Positions 38,503 through 50,919 of a stretch of 64,000 nucleotides of DNA are shown one piece after another (the stretch's first letter is position 1; each line of letters starts with the position of its first letter). The position numbers and the translations under genes were made by a program. The DNA is from Zootoca vivipara (Eukaryota). The notes beneath the pieces are model-generated. The model searched no databases and had not been told where the DNA came from. It saw only the letters and a program-made list of their open reading frames with translations. Location of the stretch: assembly GCF_963506605.1 (NCBI RefSeq), contig NC_083280.1, forward strand, positions 36,270,001 through 36,334,000, in the 5' to 3' direction.

Positions 38503-38960
38503 CTTAAGGGAAAAGGAACATAAGCATACTTTTACAGCATGTGAAGAATGAAGTCTTAAGGCAAAGTCAGAATAATTCTTAACTTAATACAATCCTATTT
38601 CTATTCAGACTAAGTCCTACTGAAGTCAGTAGGTAAGTGGGACTAAGACTGCAGTCTAAGAGCAGAGCATGTGGCAAAATGTTATAAAACTAAGCTTTTT
38701 ATATTGCCTATGCTGCCAGGAGCGATGGTGGAAAAGCATGTGGACAGAACCAGCTTGGGGAAATCCAAACCAGGCGAAGTTTTCCAAAATGAGAAAATGC
38801 ACCATCCTCATGTCGATTTTTTTTAAAAAAGCCCATCAATTGAAAACTGCCAAAATAAAGTCATATAATAAAACTCCTATTATCATACTGTTAAATTTCT
38901 CCTACCACAGTGTATATAACGAATTATGTACCAAGAAACAAATTACTGGATCCAACTTAC

Positions 38961-39070
38961 TTTTTAATGTCCACAAAACTGCAGCATTTGCTTTTTGATG
39001 TTTTGCCAGAATCAGAGGGGGAGGGCCCAGGTGACAGGCTGCTCTTCATGTGCTCCTCAGCAGAGCTGTT
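38961..39070 (-). CDS. RNF168: RNF168 coding exon 4
   Basis: tacag/gtaagt; NSSAEEHMKSSLSPGPSPSDSGKTSKSKCCSFVDIK; 110 nt, phase 0 to 2. Divergent sequence; found by splice signals and phase. Confidence 0.8.
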
Positions 39071-40885
39071 CTGTATTGACAAAAAAGCACACCAATATAA
39101 ATAAACATGCTTTTATACAGTCATTCGTCTTTTGGCATAATTTAATACAATCCTAATGCATGCAAATGATTTAAACCATTATAAACAAACTCTAATATAT
39201 CTGTACTGTTCCCAACAAAGGAAACTCTTAGAGCCCTTATTTATATCATGCAGAGTTCCCCAAGTGTTGAAATAAAATGCTATCATGAGCCCATCACCTA
39301 CCAAATCTTCCTAATAAGAGGGAGGTGTAAAAGAAGCATATGTGTGACAGAAAAGGGCAGAATCCACCCCCCTCAGATACACCTGATTGAAGAATTCAGG
39401 GACAGAACCTCTGAGTAGGCTCTAATGTAAACACCAATGAAAGAAACCACTGTTAGTGAGACCAAACCCAGGTGGAACTTTCCTCCCATCTACAATAGAA
39501 TCGAGTGGGTTTTCATTGCCACCACCTCCCATCATGGAAGAAAATGGGTTTTGGCTTTTACCTGGTTTAATATGTGCTCATTTCGCTAGGAACACTTCTA
39601 GGTTTAATCTTAAGATTCTTTCATAACAGGCACTAGATTCTTAACTAGAAGTAGGAATATTAAAGAAAAATGTTCACAAGTGAAGCCCACTAATTTAAAT
39701 TAAAAATAATGGGTTGGAATTTCCTGCATTTGTAATACAGTGTAATCTGTAGTCATTTCAAAACTTAGAATTTTTCCAAGTTACATCTTTTAATTTTTAA
39801 CACAGCTTTTTTCAATTCCAGTTTAAATATAATAGTCAAAGGAGGTAGATCTTGCGAAACCAGGGGGAAATGTTACATTGGGATAGTGAAATAAGCAGAC
39901 TACATAGAATAAATATTCAATACGTTGATAATATCTGTCTACTTTTTATGCAGAAAGCAGATAAATGTTGGCATCCATCTGCTTCAAAAGACAATGGATT
40001 ACTCCTCCAGAGGTGAAGCCAAACTGCTGGAGAATCATAGTGACTGCTGTGGCTGCAGAGAGCAGTAATTCTTAACTGCTGCCACCCACATTGTTTTTGC
40101 TGCATTAGCAACACAGAAGTGACCTCTCCAAGGTGCTAGCTTGGGCAGTATGCATGGAGGCCCTGGGCTGCCCAGATGACAAGAGGCCTCTCTCTTGGCA
40201 TCTCTGATGTGGTCCAAAGGGAAGTAGAGCAACACATTTTGTACCAGCCTGGCTGCAGGAGTTTCGAGAAAGAGGCATATAAGACACCATCCAACCGCCT
40301 TAAGGACTTCGAATTTATGTACGGTTTACTCCTTAGCCTTTTCTTCTCCCAAATATGTCCCACATAGTAGCAGGTAGAGATATTTTGCTCTGGGTTTACT
40401 CCCAAAGCCTTTCTCAGTAATGAGTATAACTGCAAGGCAACAGAGGTTTAGGATCAGTTTTCCTTCTCCTAGAATGATGAGCCCCATCTTGGGGTATATT
40501 TACGGTAGGTTCTTTAGATAAGTAACATTGAAAAGGTGCCTGGTATGTACCTTCTTCAAATATTAAGGCTCAAAGCAACATTTAAGAAAATAAACTGATG
40601 GTATTCTAAGTCACACTTTTTGGAATATTCCGTCTGCACAAGCATTACAGCTTGCCAGATGTTCTCCTTGCTCTGTGCACTGTTCTGGGGTATTCTCTTG
40701 ATCCCCTCTAAGCCAATTTCAGGAGGCAAGGGGGGGAGGGGGGATGCCTCACTACGTAAGTGAAAGCCCTTATGCAGGGCTTCAACTGATGGGGCACATT
40801 CTATCCTGAGAATTTAATTGAACTGAGTTGTCTACTACCATCAAGTTCAAGCTGCTACTTAAAATTTCATCTTGATCAAACTTAC

Positions 40886-41062
40886 CAGATCGCAACTTAG
40901 TTTCTGTGCCAATATTTCATCTAGTAGTAATTGTTCTTCCATCTGTTTTTTTCTTTCTTCTGCTAGCCTCTGCTCTTCTTCCTCTTCTGCCAATAGCCTT
41001 TGAATATACTCTTTGCTTGCATTGCTTGCTTCTTCTTCATGAGCCAGTCGTTCTGCTTCTAC
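40886..41062 (-). CDS. RNF168: RNF168 coding exon 3 (UMI/MIU1 helix)
   Basis: ttcag/gtaagt; VEAERLAHEEEASNASKEYIQRLLAEEEEEQR...DEILAQKLSCDL; 177 nt. Confidence 0.93.
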
Positions 41063-41214
41063 CTGAAGTAAGAGTTTATCATAACTTATTTCTGAATTTT
41101 TCTTGCAGTTTAGACTGAATATCTTAGCCAAAAGCTTTTTCTTTTGACTGCAGCTTTTGTGTTTTTTTCTGAAAGCTGACTATTAGTGGGTCCCGCAGAA
41201 CTTTCTAGATTTAC

Positions 41215-41291
41215 CTTGCTTATCTCTTCTTCATACTCCTGTCTTAATTCTCCAGGTTTACTTAAACAGCGCACTGGCTGATGTAGGCACA
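41215..41291 (-). CDS. RNF168: RNF168 coding exon 2
   Basis: gacag/gtaaat; CLHQPVRCLSKPGELRQEYEEEISK; 77 nt. Confidence 0.9.
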
Positions 41292-41399
41292 CTGTCCAGA
41301 AAAGAAAAGATTGGAGAAATATAGTTACAGTATTAATGAACCAATTAAGGACTGTAGTTTTCCTATAAAGAAACTTCAAGTTCCAATTTAATTTCAGTA

Positions 41400-41731
41400 C
41401 AGTGGAACCTCAGTTTATGAACACCTCGGTTTATGAATTTTCGGTTTTTACGAACGCCGCGGACCCATCTGGAACGGATTAATTCACTTTCCATTACTTT
41501 CAATGGGAAAGTTCGCTTCAGTTTATGAACGCTTCAGTTTATGAACAGACTTCCGGAACCAATTACACCCATGCTTCGGGTTAAGTACGCTTCAGGTTGA
41601 GTACTCCGCGGACCCGTCTGGAACGGATTAATCCACTTTCCATTACTTTCAATGGGAAAGTTTGCTTCAGTTTATGAACGCTTCAGTTTATGAACATACT
41701 TCCGGAACCCATTGTGTTCATAAACCGAGGT
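41400..41731. mobile_element. Tigger-like MITE with internal duplication, right TIR clipped
   Basis: TA|CAGTGGAACCTC(A/G)GTTTATGAAC left end; ...gttcataaaccgagg right end lacks the terminal ccactg; about 100-bp direct repeat at 149-bp spacing. Confidence 0.75.
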
Positions 41732-42485
41732 TATATGACAGAATACACTTCTAAAGTAACATCAAAATGTAGTTGATCACTTAAGTGCTGTTCTATCACT
41801 GACAGTTTCTGACTTCCTTGGCACTAAAGGATTAAGTAAATCTCCAATATAAATAAGTAAAAGAAGGCTTCAAAGTTTTTCAAAAGAAACTGCAATTATT
41901 TGTTTCAGCCCTTGCACTCTTTGATTTGACTTCTTTAGTAATGGACAAATTCTTGAACTATGTTCCAAAGAACTACACTAGTTCTGTGAATCCAAAAGGG
42001 CTTTAAATGCTACTGAAATAGAGGGAAGATTAAAAAAGAATTTATAATTTGGCTAATGGTCAAAGGAAACTTTTTCATTTCACTGGGCTAGGACAAGCTC
42101 TTAATATAAAACTAAATTCTGGCCCAGATGTTTCAAACCCATTCAAGTAGACAAGACTATTCTAACTCTAGTGCTCACTTTTAGCAATGGTTACTTTTCC
42201 ATATTCTATTACTTCAGCCTTGCAAATAAACCAGGAAATGCTGGTACCCACAAATGTTTTACTATCCACCTGTCCACTATCCACACTGGAAGCATGCCAA
42301 TGCCTTAGAAAAACATTCCCTAACAAAGTCTTGTTTGAGCTTTCAAATGTGTCCTTGTCTTGCCACCTGGAGGATATCCTTACTTTCTCCAGACCACAAG
42401 GTATACTTAATTTACTGTGTTCCCAAAAGCATTATTCTAATATTTGTAACATATTTATAAGGCCATATATGCCAGGTTTACTCAC

Positions 42486-42786
42486 TATCTTCTTCTATAT
42501 CCTGTCCACTAATTCTGCGTTGGCATTCTTCAGGAAAATGTTTTTGAATCTTTTCCCATAATTCCAAATTAATAAGAGTGTTATTGCGGGCATTATATCG
42601 TGCCCAAGAAGAGACTCGCCGACGACAGAAAGGGCAGTACAAGCTGCTCTTTTCCACTGTAAGCTGAAAACAGGAATTGCAGAGAGTGTGGTTGCATGGC
42701 AGTGTGACTGGTTCCAGTAAAATCTCCATGCAGATATTACAGCGACAGTCAGATAAGGACAGTGGAGCCTCCGATTTCTTCGACAT
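42486..42786 (-). CDS. RNF168: E3 ubiquitin ligase RNF168, coding exon 1 (RING)
   Basis: C3HC4 RING CNICMEILLEPVTLPCNHTLCNSC...CPFCRRRVSSWAR; 301 nt; gtgagt donor. Six exons join to 1458 nt = 485 aa + stop. Confidence 0.95.
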
Positions 42787-42992
42787 GCTGTCTAAGGGAA
42801 GGTGACTAGTGCATCATCAGCATCTGAAACCATGACACAGGATCGGCTTAGAATCATCAAAATTGCAGAAAGTTATCAGTATTAGCTCAGTTATTTGGCC
42901 CTTTACCTTACAATGTTCTCAACATCCCTCTCTGATCTAACCTTTTTATCACACCTCTCCCCTGGTGTATGTTTGATGTGCACGCTGTATAA

Positions 42993-43085
42993 CAGGGGTC
43001 AGCAAACTTTTTCCGCAGGGAGCCGGTCCACTGTCCCTCAGACCTTGTAGAGGGCTGGACTATATATTTAAAAATGAATTCCTAT
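42993..43085. mobile_element. hAT-type MITE left-end fragment
   Basis: CAGGGGTCAGCAAACTTTT terminus; no right end seen. Confidence 0.5.
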
Positions 43086-43099
43086 GCACACTGCGAGGG

Positions 43100-43550
43100 G
43101 GGTAAGTAGTCCTCCTCCCAGGCCCAGCCGCCTCCCCGGTTTGCCGCCTGCCTCATTCACCAAAGGCGGTGGTGGCGCGAAACGGGCTTCCTCCCCACCT
43201 AAAGAAGGTGCTATGCTTACCTTCCCAGGGGGTGCCGCTGCTGTCACCACCACCACCGCTTCTTGTGAAGTGGGTAAGCAGAGCAAGCTCATCCGGTCCT
43301 CTCTCTGGCCCACAGGAGCACCAGGGCGGTGGGAAGAAGAGGCCGAGCGGCGGCGGCTCTGCCAATCAAACGCCACCGAGGTAAACCAGGCGCGGCGTTT
43401 GATTGGCAGAGCGGCCTCCACTCGGCCTCTTCCTCCTGTCGCCATTGCCGGGAGTCTTGGCTTCGAAACGGGTTCCGGCTTCACAGCCCGGGCCAGATCT
43501 AGGAGCCAGGTTGGCCTGATTCGACCCGGGGCCTTAGTTTGCCGCCCCCT
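43100..43550. promoter_or_regulatory. RNF168 proximal CpG-rich promoter / probable non-coding first exon
   Basis: CpG-rich, with two opposed CCAAT boxes (43362-43366, 43402-43406) and a minus-strand donor AAG|gtaagc at about 43220. Confidence 0.65.
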
Positions 43551-45049
43551 GCTGTATAAGTTCTACATAGAGCAGCCCTATCAACTATGAGCCTGCATCA
43601 ACATATTTGGTATTCATTCAAGAGCCTGCACTTTGCTTTATTTTATGATATCCTCTGCCAATTTACAGCATGAGGTATTAGAAGTGCTGGGCTTGCATGT
43701 TCCCCTCTCTTTACAACTGGGCAGGAGGAGGACTTCTACAAAGTTTAGTTTTGCTGTTAAAGAATTGTGGCTCAGCTTTACATATGAACCAAGGATCTTT
43801 GTTTAAAACAAAATGTGGGCAGTGTCAAAACAACCAACTAGCCTTATTCGCTTCGGTCTTCTCTATGTACCGTATGTATGGAGGAACACAGCGTAAGTCC
43901 TTATCTTCACTTGTTAAATGGGATGAAAACAAGCATGTATTCATATTTTACTAACTGAAAGTGGTTGAAATGAATTGAAATACTTCTGCAGCTGCTTTTC
44001 ACATGTGCCTGTGAAGCTCAAAATTCTAATAAGAATCCTGCTTAGTATTTATTGTCAATTTCAACAATTTGTTTAACACTTAGTCATAGTCACCTTTAAT
44101 TAGAGTACAGGAGGTCCAATAAGATGAAAAATAAATGAACTCTATACAATCAGAATTCATTTAAAAAGTTTGTTGCAATAAAAGTATCTTCAGTAAGCAT
44201 GAGATCAACAGGAAGGGGGCCCAAAATACTGACAGTAAGGCTCTTTGTGTGTACAAACCATGCATCCGAGCCATGGGGCAATGGCGTGTGTTAACAGCAA
44301 CTCCCTTGATGGCCCCAGTGATTAGGAATACTGTAAAGGATCAGTCAGTCCCTGAGGTATCCCAGGTCCAAGTTGCTAAAAGCCTTGTAAATTAATAAAA
44401 AATCCTTGAACCTAGACTGGCAGCATATGGGAAGTCAATGCAAGCTTCTGAGTACTATAGTTACATGCATTTACATTGCATAAAACAGTATTTTCATTAC
44501 AAGTAGGTATCATGCTGTTTAAGATACAAGTAGGCAGGTTTTTATTAAAAGCTGCTTGCCAATTTAGGTACAAAAATGGCTTTACAAAGCAATGTGCACA
44601 GATACAGGATACTGGTGCAGGAACAACAGGTCAATTCAAAAAGCACTGATAATTTCTAAACAGAAAAATTCAGCGGGGATGACCGTGAGAGAGCACTCCC
44701 ATAAACAAAAACTTACTCAAGGTATGTAGTGTAAAACCAGTAAGAATCACCTGCCATATCCTATTCGCATTTAACCTGAAACTCACCTACATGCACCGTT
44801 TTCTGGTTCCCAACTTGTTTTAATAAGATTTTTTTTTGCCCGAAGACTACAGGTGTGTGCGCACACAACAGGAAGTTTAGCCAGAGATACCGTATGTGTG
44901 CTCAATTCCCTTCCACGAACATTTCAGTGAATAAACACGGGAAAGTGTGGGTTGCGAGTCCCTACTGTTACTGCTGTTGGTTCTCCTCTTCTTCTTCTCA
45001 CACACTTGGAGAAAAGTTCTTCTGCGTCCCCACTGTCAGGAGCGAAGGC

Positions 45050-45600
45050 CAAGAAGCCTCTCGACGTCCGCCCCACATTTCTAGGCCAGAGGCCTAGGAA
45101 ACATTCACCTCAGGGGGGCCCGGCTGACAAGTGGGAACTAAGCGGAGCCTGAGGCCGCGGGGCTTCCAGAACCGATTCACCGTTCCGACGCTTGACTTCC
45201 CGTTGCTAGGAGCCAAAATAGAGACCCCGGAAAAGGAAACCGCGCGCGAGCCCGGCGACTCGTTGTCCGCCTGTGTCGGAATTCTGACCCGCCCCTTTCC
45301 CGCCTTTCCTCGCCCCTTCCGTTCCACGCGCGCGAGAGAGCGAGCCCGCCCAACGGCTCGCTTTTATTCTGGGAAAGGACGAGGGAGCGGGAGAGGCCTC
45401 TAACCTGCCTCTGCGCGCGCAGACGACGCGCGCATGCGTGCCAGCAGATTCCTGTACAGCCGCAGCTACAAGCGTGGGCAGGGGAATCCCGCCGCTTTCT
45501 GCCTCTGCGCTAGTCCTCCTGCCGCAGGCTTCGAGCGTGGAGTAATTGGGTTGCAATACTGCACTGCTGCGGAGAGGGCCAATGAGGTTGTGTGCTGTTT
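45050..45600. promoter_or_regulatory. Second CpG island upstream of RNF168 (candidate alternative promoter)
   Basis: CpG-dense; NRF1-like GCGCATGCG near 45430; minus-strand donor GAG|gtgaat near 45108. Confidence 0.55.
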
Positions 45601-47512
45601 TATTCGCAGCACCGTAGGCTTCTGAGTACTATGGTGGGAATGCTTTTATTGAGCCACAATGTACGATATAAAATAATGAAACACCAATAACTGCAAGATT
45701 GCTGTACTCATTTTGAGAGTTTTTGTGTTTATTCTCAAGTGTTTTGTCCCCCCCCCAAAAGTGTTTATACAATTGGTTCATTCTCTTTGGGCATGCAAGG
45801 ATGTACGACTTTAGAAAGCAAACCAACCATTATTTGCTTTTTAAAGTTGCAGTTAATTATATGTTTGACAACATTTTAGCTTAAGAGGAGGTTGGAGGAC
45901 CATAAGGTCATTGGGGCGGGTGGGGTGGGGGGAAGTGGTATATAAATGCAATAAGCGACTTGGGACCAGCTTACCTGAAAGAGTGCCTTCTGTGATGGAA
46001 ATGGGCACAGAGCTCGATCCTCTTCAGAGGCATACTGTGGGTGCCTCCACCCAGGCTGGGCCAAAACATTTTGGCACCCAAGGAGCAAAAGAGGGAAGAA
46101 AAATCAACAGGATTTGCTGCCTCTGGATGCTGCCACCTGAGGCAGTTGCCTCACCGTGCCTCATGCATGGGTCAGCCCTCGCCTCTTCCAGATGAAGAAA
46201 GTTGCTTTTCAGTAGTAGTACCTAGTATGGAATGCTTTTCTCAGAGAGACCAACTTGAAGCCATCTTGGTGGGTATTTTGGTACCAACTGAATACCTTTC
46301 TGTTCTTTTAAATTATTATGCAGTCTAATTAAGAGCTGTGTGACCAGGAGGAAATTGGCTTTTCAGGGGCCCCCCAAAGTGGGAAGCCATGTTGTCATCA
46401 TCTCCCCTCTCCATTTCCCCCCTTAGTTTTTAAAATTGATATATTTCAGTTATATTAAACTAACCTATAGAGATTGTTATGTTATGGGGCAGCATATATA
46501 AATGGATATGTAAAGGATATGTAAACCCTAGGTGTTTCATAGATTACCCCTTACCCATTTTATGCTTCAAACAAAACTTAAGTAGTTTGTGCTGATGAAG
46601 AGAACACTGAAAATGGCTAATGATAAAGTGTTGCAGCCCAACCATTAGACGTGTGTGTGTATAATATTTTCTTTAAACCATGAATCACTTTATTGAGCAG
46701 TTTGTGATTTCATCAGGTGCAAACAGTACATATTAGAAGTAGAGTGTGCTCTGGTGTCAATTTGCTTTTAAATGGGGGTGAATAAGACATGGTGACTTTT
46801 AACCACATTGGTAACAGAGAAGAAATAATAACATGCAGCTATGTTTCTAAATGGCAAAAGAAAGCACAGGAACTATGAGGGTATACATAATGAACAAAAG
46901 TCATGCTAATCATGGCCAATCATAGATGGCTTAGTGCACTTGAGGTTGCAAGTAAATAAGTGTGCATTTAAAAAACTCACCTGAGGAAACGTCCTCTGCA
47001 TACTCCGCTTTTTTTACTGTGAGAAAACTGATGAACAAATTGGGAGCAGGCACTCCCTGAAGTACTGTATGCAGCAGGACCCAGCAAATATGTACATCAC
47101 ACTTGCACCAAGACATATGTTTGTGATTTATCCAATTATGCCTGCCTCTCAAGAAGGGGGTGTGTATTTTATGTGAGAAAACAAAAAATGGGAACTTCAA
47201 GATTATACTGTACTGTAGGATCTGGATGATAGATTTCAAAAGATAGGAGCAAAATGGGAGTTGTTAATAGTAGTAAATAATAATGCATAGCTTTAGTCAT
47301 GCTTCACATATGCAAACTTCATAATCCGTACAACTTCTCTGTGAATTGGGCCAGTACAGTGCAAATTTTCTCTGTTAAAGATGGGGTGAAGATTGAGAGG
47401 AAGTCTTACATAAAGCTACCGTAAGGACTTTCCAGTTATAAGCAGTTTTGGATACAATTTGTTTCTAGGTTCTTATCCTTTAGGGTGTGTCTCTTGTTAT
47501 TTGCAAGCATGT

Positions 47513-47897
47513 TCAGTTTTTTCTGTATTCCACTATGCGAATAGCAGACAGCAGACTGCGCTGAAGCAGCTGGTTCTTCACCACATTGTTTATAATGGAG
47601 CTGATGTCATTGGCATAATCTTGCCTTTGATCAGCAGGATAGTAGCAGGCATCGTGGCAATTTGTAATGAAAAATGCACAGAGGGCTTTAACATCTTCTT
47701 CTTGCAGCCCCAGTTTCTCCAGTACAGACTTCCAGGCCAGCCTAATTCTTTGGTTTCTGCCTTTTTGCCTCAGAACAGATGACAGAGTAGGAAGGGCTTT
47801 TGCCAGATCTGGTAGCATTTCTACCACTTCAGAATGTAAGCAGCGAATAGTTTCACAAATGTAGCTGTAGAAAAGATTTACCTCCACAGAAGAGAAT
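47513..47897 (-). CDS. SMCO1: SMCO1 coding exon 3
   Basis: tgcag acceptor; LFYSYICETIRCLHSEVVEMLPDLAKALPTLSSVLRQKGRNQRIRLAWKSVLEKLGLQEEDVKALCAFFI; syntenic between RNF168 and WDR53. Confidence 0.9.
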
Positions 47898-48404
47898 CTG
47901 CAAGAAGATATGGAAAAATAACCCATTTTTCAAATAACGTCAACAGGATCAGGATTTATTGCTATTCAGGTAATGAGAGATTATAAAGCTACAATCCTGA
48001 CCACACTTCTTAAGGTGTGTCTTTTATTGGACCCGTGGAAATTTAATTTGAGCCAAAAGAAACCATGTTTGTGATAATTAAGCCCAATCCTAAAATGTTT
48101 ATTTGAAGTTATTCCCAGACAAAACTAAAACTAAGGCTAAGTCAGCGTTTAGGTTTACATTTTGGACATAAAGTTGGGAAGTTTTCAAGATTTATTCAGA
48201 AGTCCTAAATGGAATTATTTCTCTCCAATACTCCATTATCATCAATTAAAATCATCAATCACTACATGCTCATGTGTTGCCCATATGTTAAACCTATCAA
48301 ATGATGGTTACAATCTTATGATACCATTATCAGGCACTTTACAGTCAAGTTAATATTATTAAAACTTTTATTAGATTTTTTTGCCTTTGATTTTGCTTTC
48401 TCAC

Positions 48405-48554
48405 CTGTCTTCTAGCAGTGATGACCACATTTCATCCTGGTTGAACTGATGCTCCATAACTGTAGTCTGAAACTCAAACTTCTCTGTTAATTTCTGGATG
48501 CTAGAGTCTAGCACTGTAAACTGACCCTCTAAAGTCTGCAGTTTGTTCTCCACT
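48405..48554 (-). CDS. SMCO1: SMCO1 coding exon 2 (coiled coil)
   Basis: aacag/gtgaga; VENKLQTLEGQFTVLDSSIQKLTEKFEFQTTVMEHQFNQDEMWSSLLED; 150 nt; resembles human VDHKLQALETQF...QDEMW. Confidence 0.88.
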
Positions 48555-49349
48555 CTGTTACGATTTAAAAGCCAGAAGTTATTAAAAGTCAGAACAAGTT
48601 AGTCAGGAGTCTCCACTTCTGTAGCATATCCCAAGACTCTTATCTACAGGTTGATTGTAATCACTTGATGAATTTAATCAGCATATGGCTCTGGAGCAAT
48701 ACACTTTCTGCATCAGGAAGCATGTTAAACTCTGTATTGCATTATGGCTGCTGCCACTGCGAAAGAACTGAACTTACGACAAAGCAAGATAATGATAGCA
48801 AGGAATATTAAAATCATACTGAGCTCACATACACTTATTTTCAAGCAAATATGTACACCATTGTGTACACAACAGTTTTTATTCACTGCCTTTTATATAT
48901 AGATTTAATGTAGAACTACAGGAGAATAAAGGACATACACTTCAGTCTCAAGTGATCAATTATTTCATAGGTATCTTAACATCAGAAGGTCCCTTTGAAA
49001 TGGAGTTAGTTTTCAGCATCACATTTCCCCCCTATTTATTCACAGACCCTTTAAGACCTAGAATTTTATTCATTGGGGTATAACCAGGTCTTTTTCTTCA
49101 GCCAGAACTCACTGGAACTCAGTTCCGCCACCTCTCAGGTGGGTGCCATTGCCATTATAAGAGAACAAGGGAGGCATTCATGCTGAGCACCAATTTTTCT
49201 AGAAAAATAGCATTGGGTACAGCAAATCAACACTAGATGGTACTCTTCAAATGGTAGCACAATGGGGACATTCCAGAGATGTGGGTCCAAAACTTACAGA
49301 GTCTTATGCATAACACAGCATGCAAGTGCATTCCAACTTAATTTGATTC

Positions 49350-49466
49350 TTAATTTGATTTTTAATGACTGATGTTTTAATGTATTTTTAATCTCTTGTT
49401 GGAAGCCGCCCAGCCAGATGGGTGGGGTATAAGTAATATATTATTATTATTATTATTATTATTATT
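49350..49466 (+). mobile_element. L2 LINE 3' end with (TTA)n tail
   Basis: gttggaagccgcccag...ggggtataa followed by (tta)n; related to 56029-56398. Confidence 0.65.
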
Positions 49467-50074
49467 GAAAAGCCAGAATCAAAGCCAAGTGGAAAGCCAT
49501 GTTTTAGTCTTGATCACAGGCTAACCACTTTTTAATCAGCATATAATATGGAAATAATTCCCTAACCTTGAATTACTGCAAAGATAATTGATGCATATTG
49601 TAACACATACAAGAACTTCAGCCCTAAATACATTTACCAAAATATCAACCCATGGACATATATATCTAAATACAGTATACGTGTGCAGGGCCCCAGTCCA
49701 AAAATAAACACCTGGTGGTGTTTAAAAGAGTAAAGAAGAAACACTGTAAACTCTGCAAACCAAGTCATTAATATTTTCATTATTTCTATAATTTCATTAG
49801 AAATAAAAGAATATGTAACAGCATATTCAACAATACAGTATTTAAGGCTTGGACAGTACATTTTCCACTATCATCCAGACATATAAAGGCAGTTACTACT
49901 GCCTGCCAAAATAATGTATTTTATATCACTTTTTGTAAGCTGCCTTGGAGATTCATCAGGCAGAAAAACTATCAATATTATAAACATCTAATCTATAAGG
50001 TGTGATTTATTTATTTATTTTGCTGTTTCTCACAATCTATCCCCAACAAAACAAATTGGTTTCCCTTTCACGAC

Positions 50075-50124
50075 CTGTTTAATGTCTTGTTCAGAGCACA
50101 CAGTGATATAGCTTCTCTGGCCAT
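50075..50124 (-). CDS. SMCO1: SMCO1 (C3orf43) coding exon 1
   Basis: aagATGG Kozak context; MAREAISLCALNKTLN(R); 50 nt, phase matches exon 2. The donor gtcgtg is weak. Confidence 0.7.
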
Positions 50125-50243
50125 CTTCAGGGAGAGAAAAAGAATCGTATGTTTAAATGCTGGTTAGCTTCTCTTTTGCAGCAGATAGAAAACATATAAC
50201 AGGAGTTCCAACTTGTGCTGAAGGTCAATTTTCACTTCAGTCT

Positions 50244-50250
50244 TTTTATA
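50244..50250 (-). promoter_or_regulatory. Candidate TATA box of SMCO1
   Basis: TATAAAA on the minus strand about 120 bp upstream of the SMCO1 ATG, in a CpG-poor promoter. Confidence 0.5.
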
Positions 50251-50919
50251 GCCAGCCAGGACATCCAAGTTTAGCTTATTAACACATGCCCACAAGCACG
50301 TTGTTTATTGAACCACAGCGGATCAGTTGTGACAGTTACTTTCACACAAACTACACTAACCTGTTAAATTACTAATTTTTATCTTATGTCTGTTTAGATT
50401 CACATTGAGTTGCTATGTGGGAGGTACAGCAGCTTACTGCTTCAATCTTTATATATTTAAAATATTAGTAACCCATGTTAAATACATCTCTTTTCATTTA
50501 CACCGTTTATGGTAAGTTGCTGCTCAGCTCCCAATACCCATCTGTAGCAATATACATGGGTCACATCAGGTACAAAGAGAACATGTATGAAGAAATTGCC
50601 ACCCCTCTCTACTTAAACATATCTATACCTACACATACACAAAACGTGAAAGGAACACATCTATTTTAAAGTATAAAAAAACTAGCTACCCGTATTTATA
50701 GATACATTTATCTCATTTGTCCTCTGGTCCTGATACAAGAGTACAAATGACTTCTGTATTTTGTTATTAGAACCAGAAGACAAAATCTGTTCCAAGAAGC
50801 AGGTACTTAACCTATTAGACATTCATTCATATTGCATGCAGAGCAGGGTCAAATATGTAGTGGTTCCAAAACTGTGCAGCAATTTGCTCAGAATATATGG
50901 CAGTTTATATCAATAAGTA

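Noticed and set aside
39924-40052. AG/GT-bounded open segment as an RNF168 exon
   Set aside because: No resemblance to RNF168, and exons at 38961-39070 and 38415-38502 already give a phase-consistent, homologous junction.
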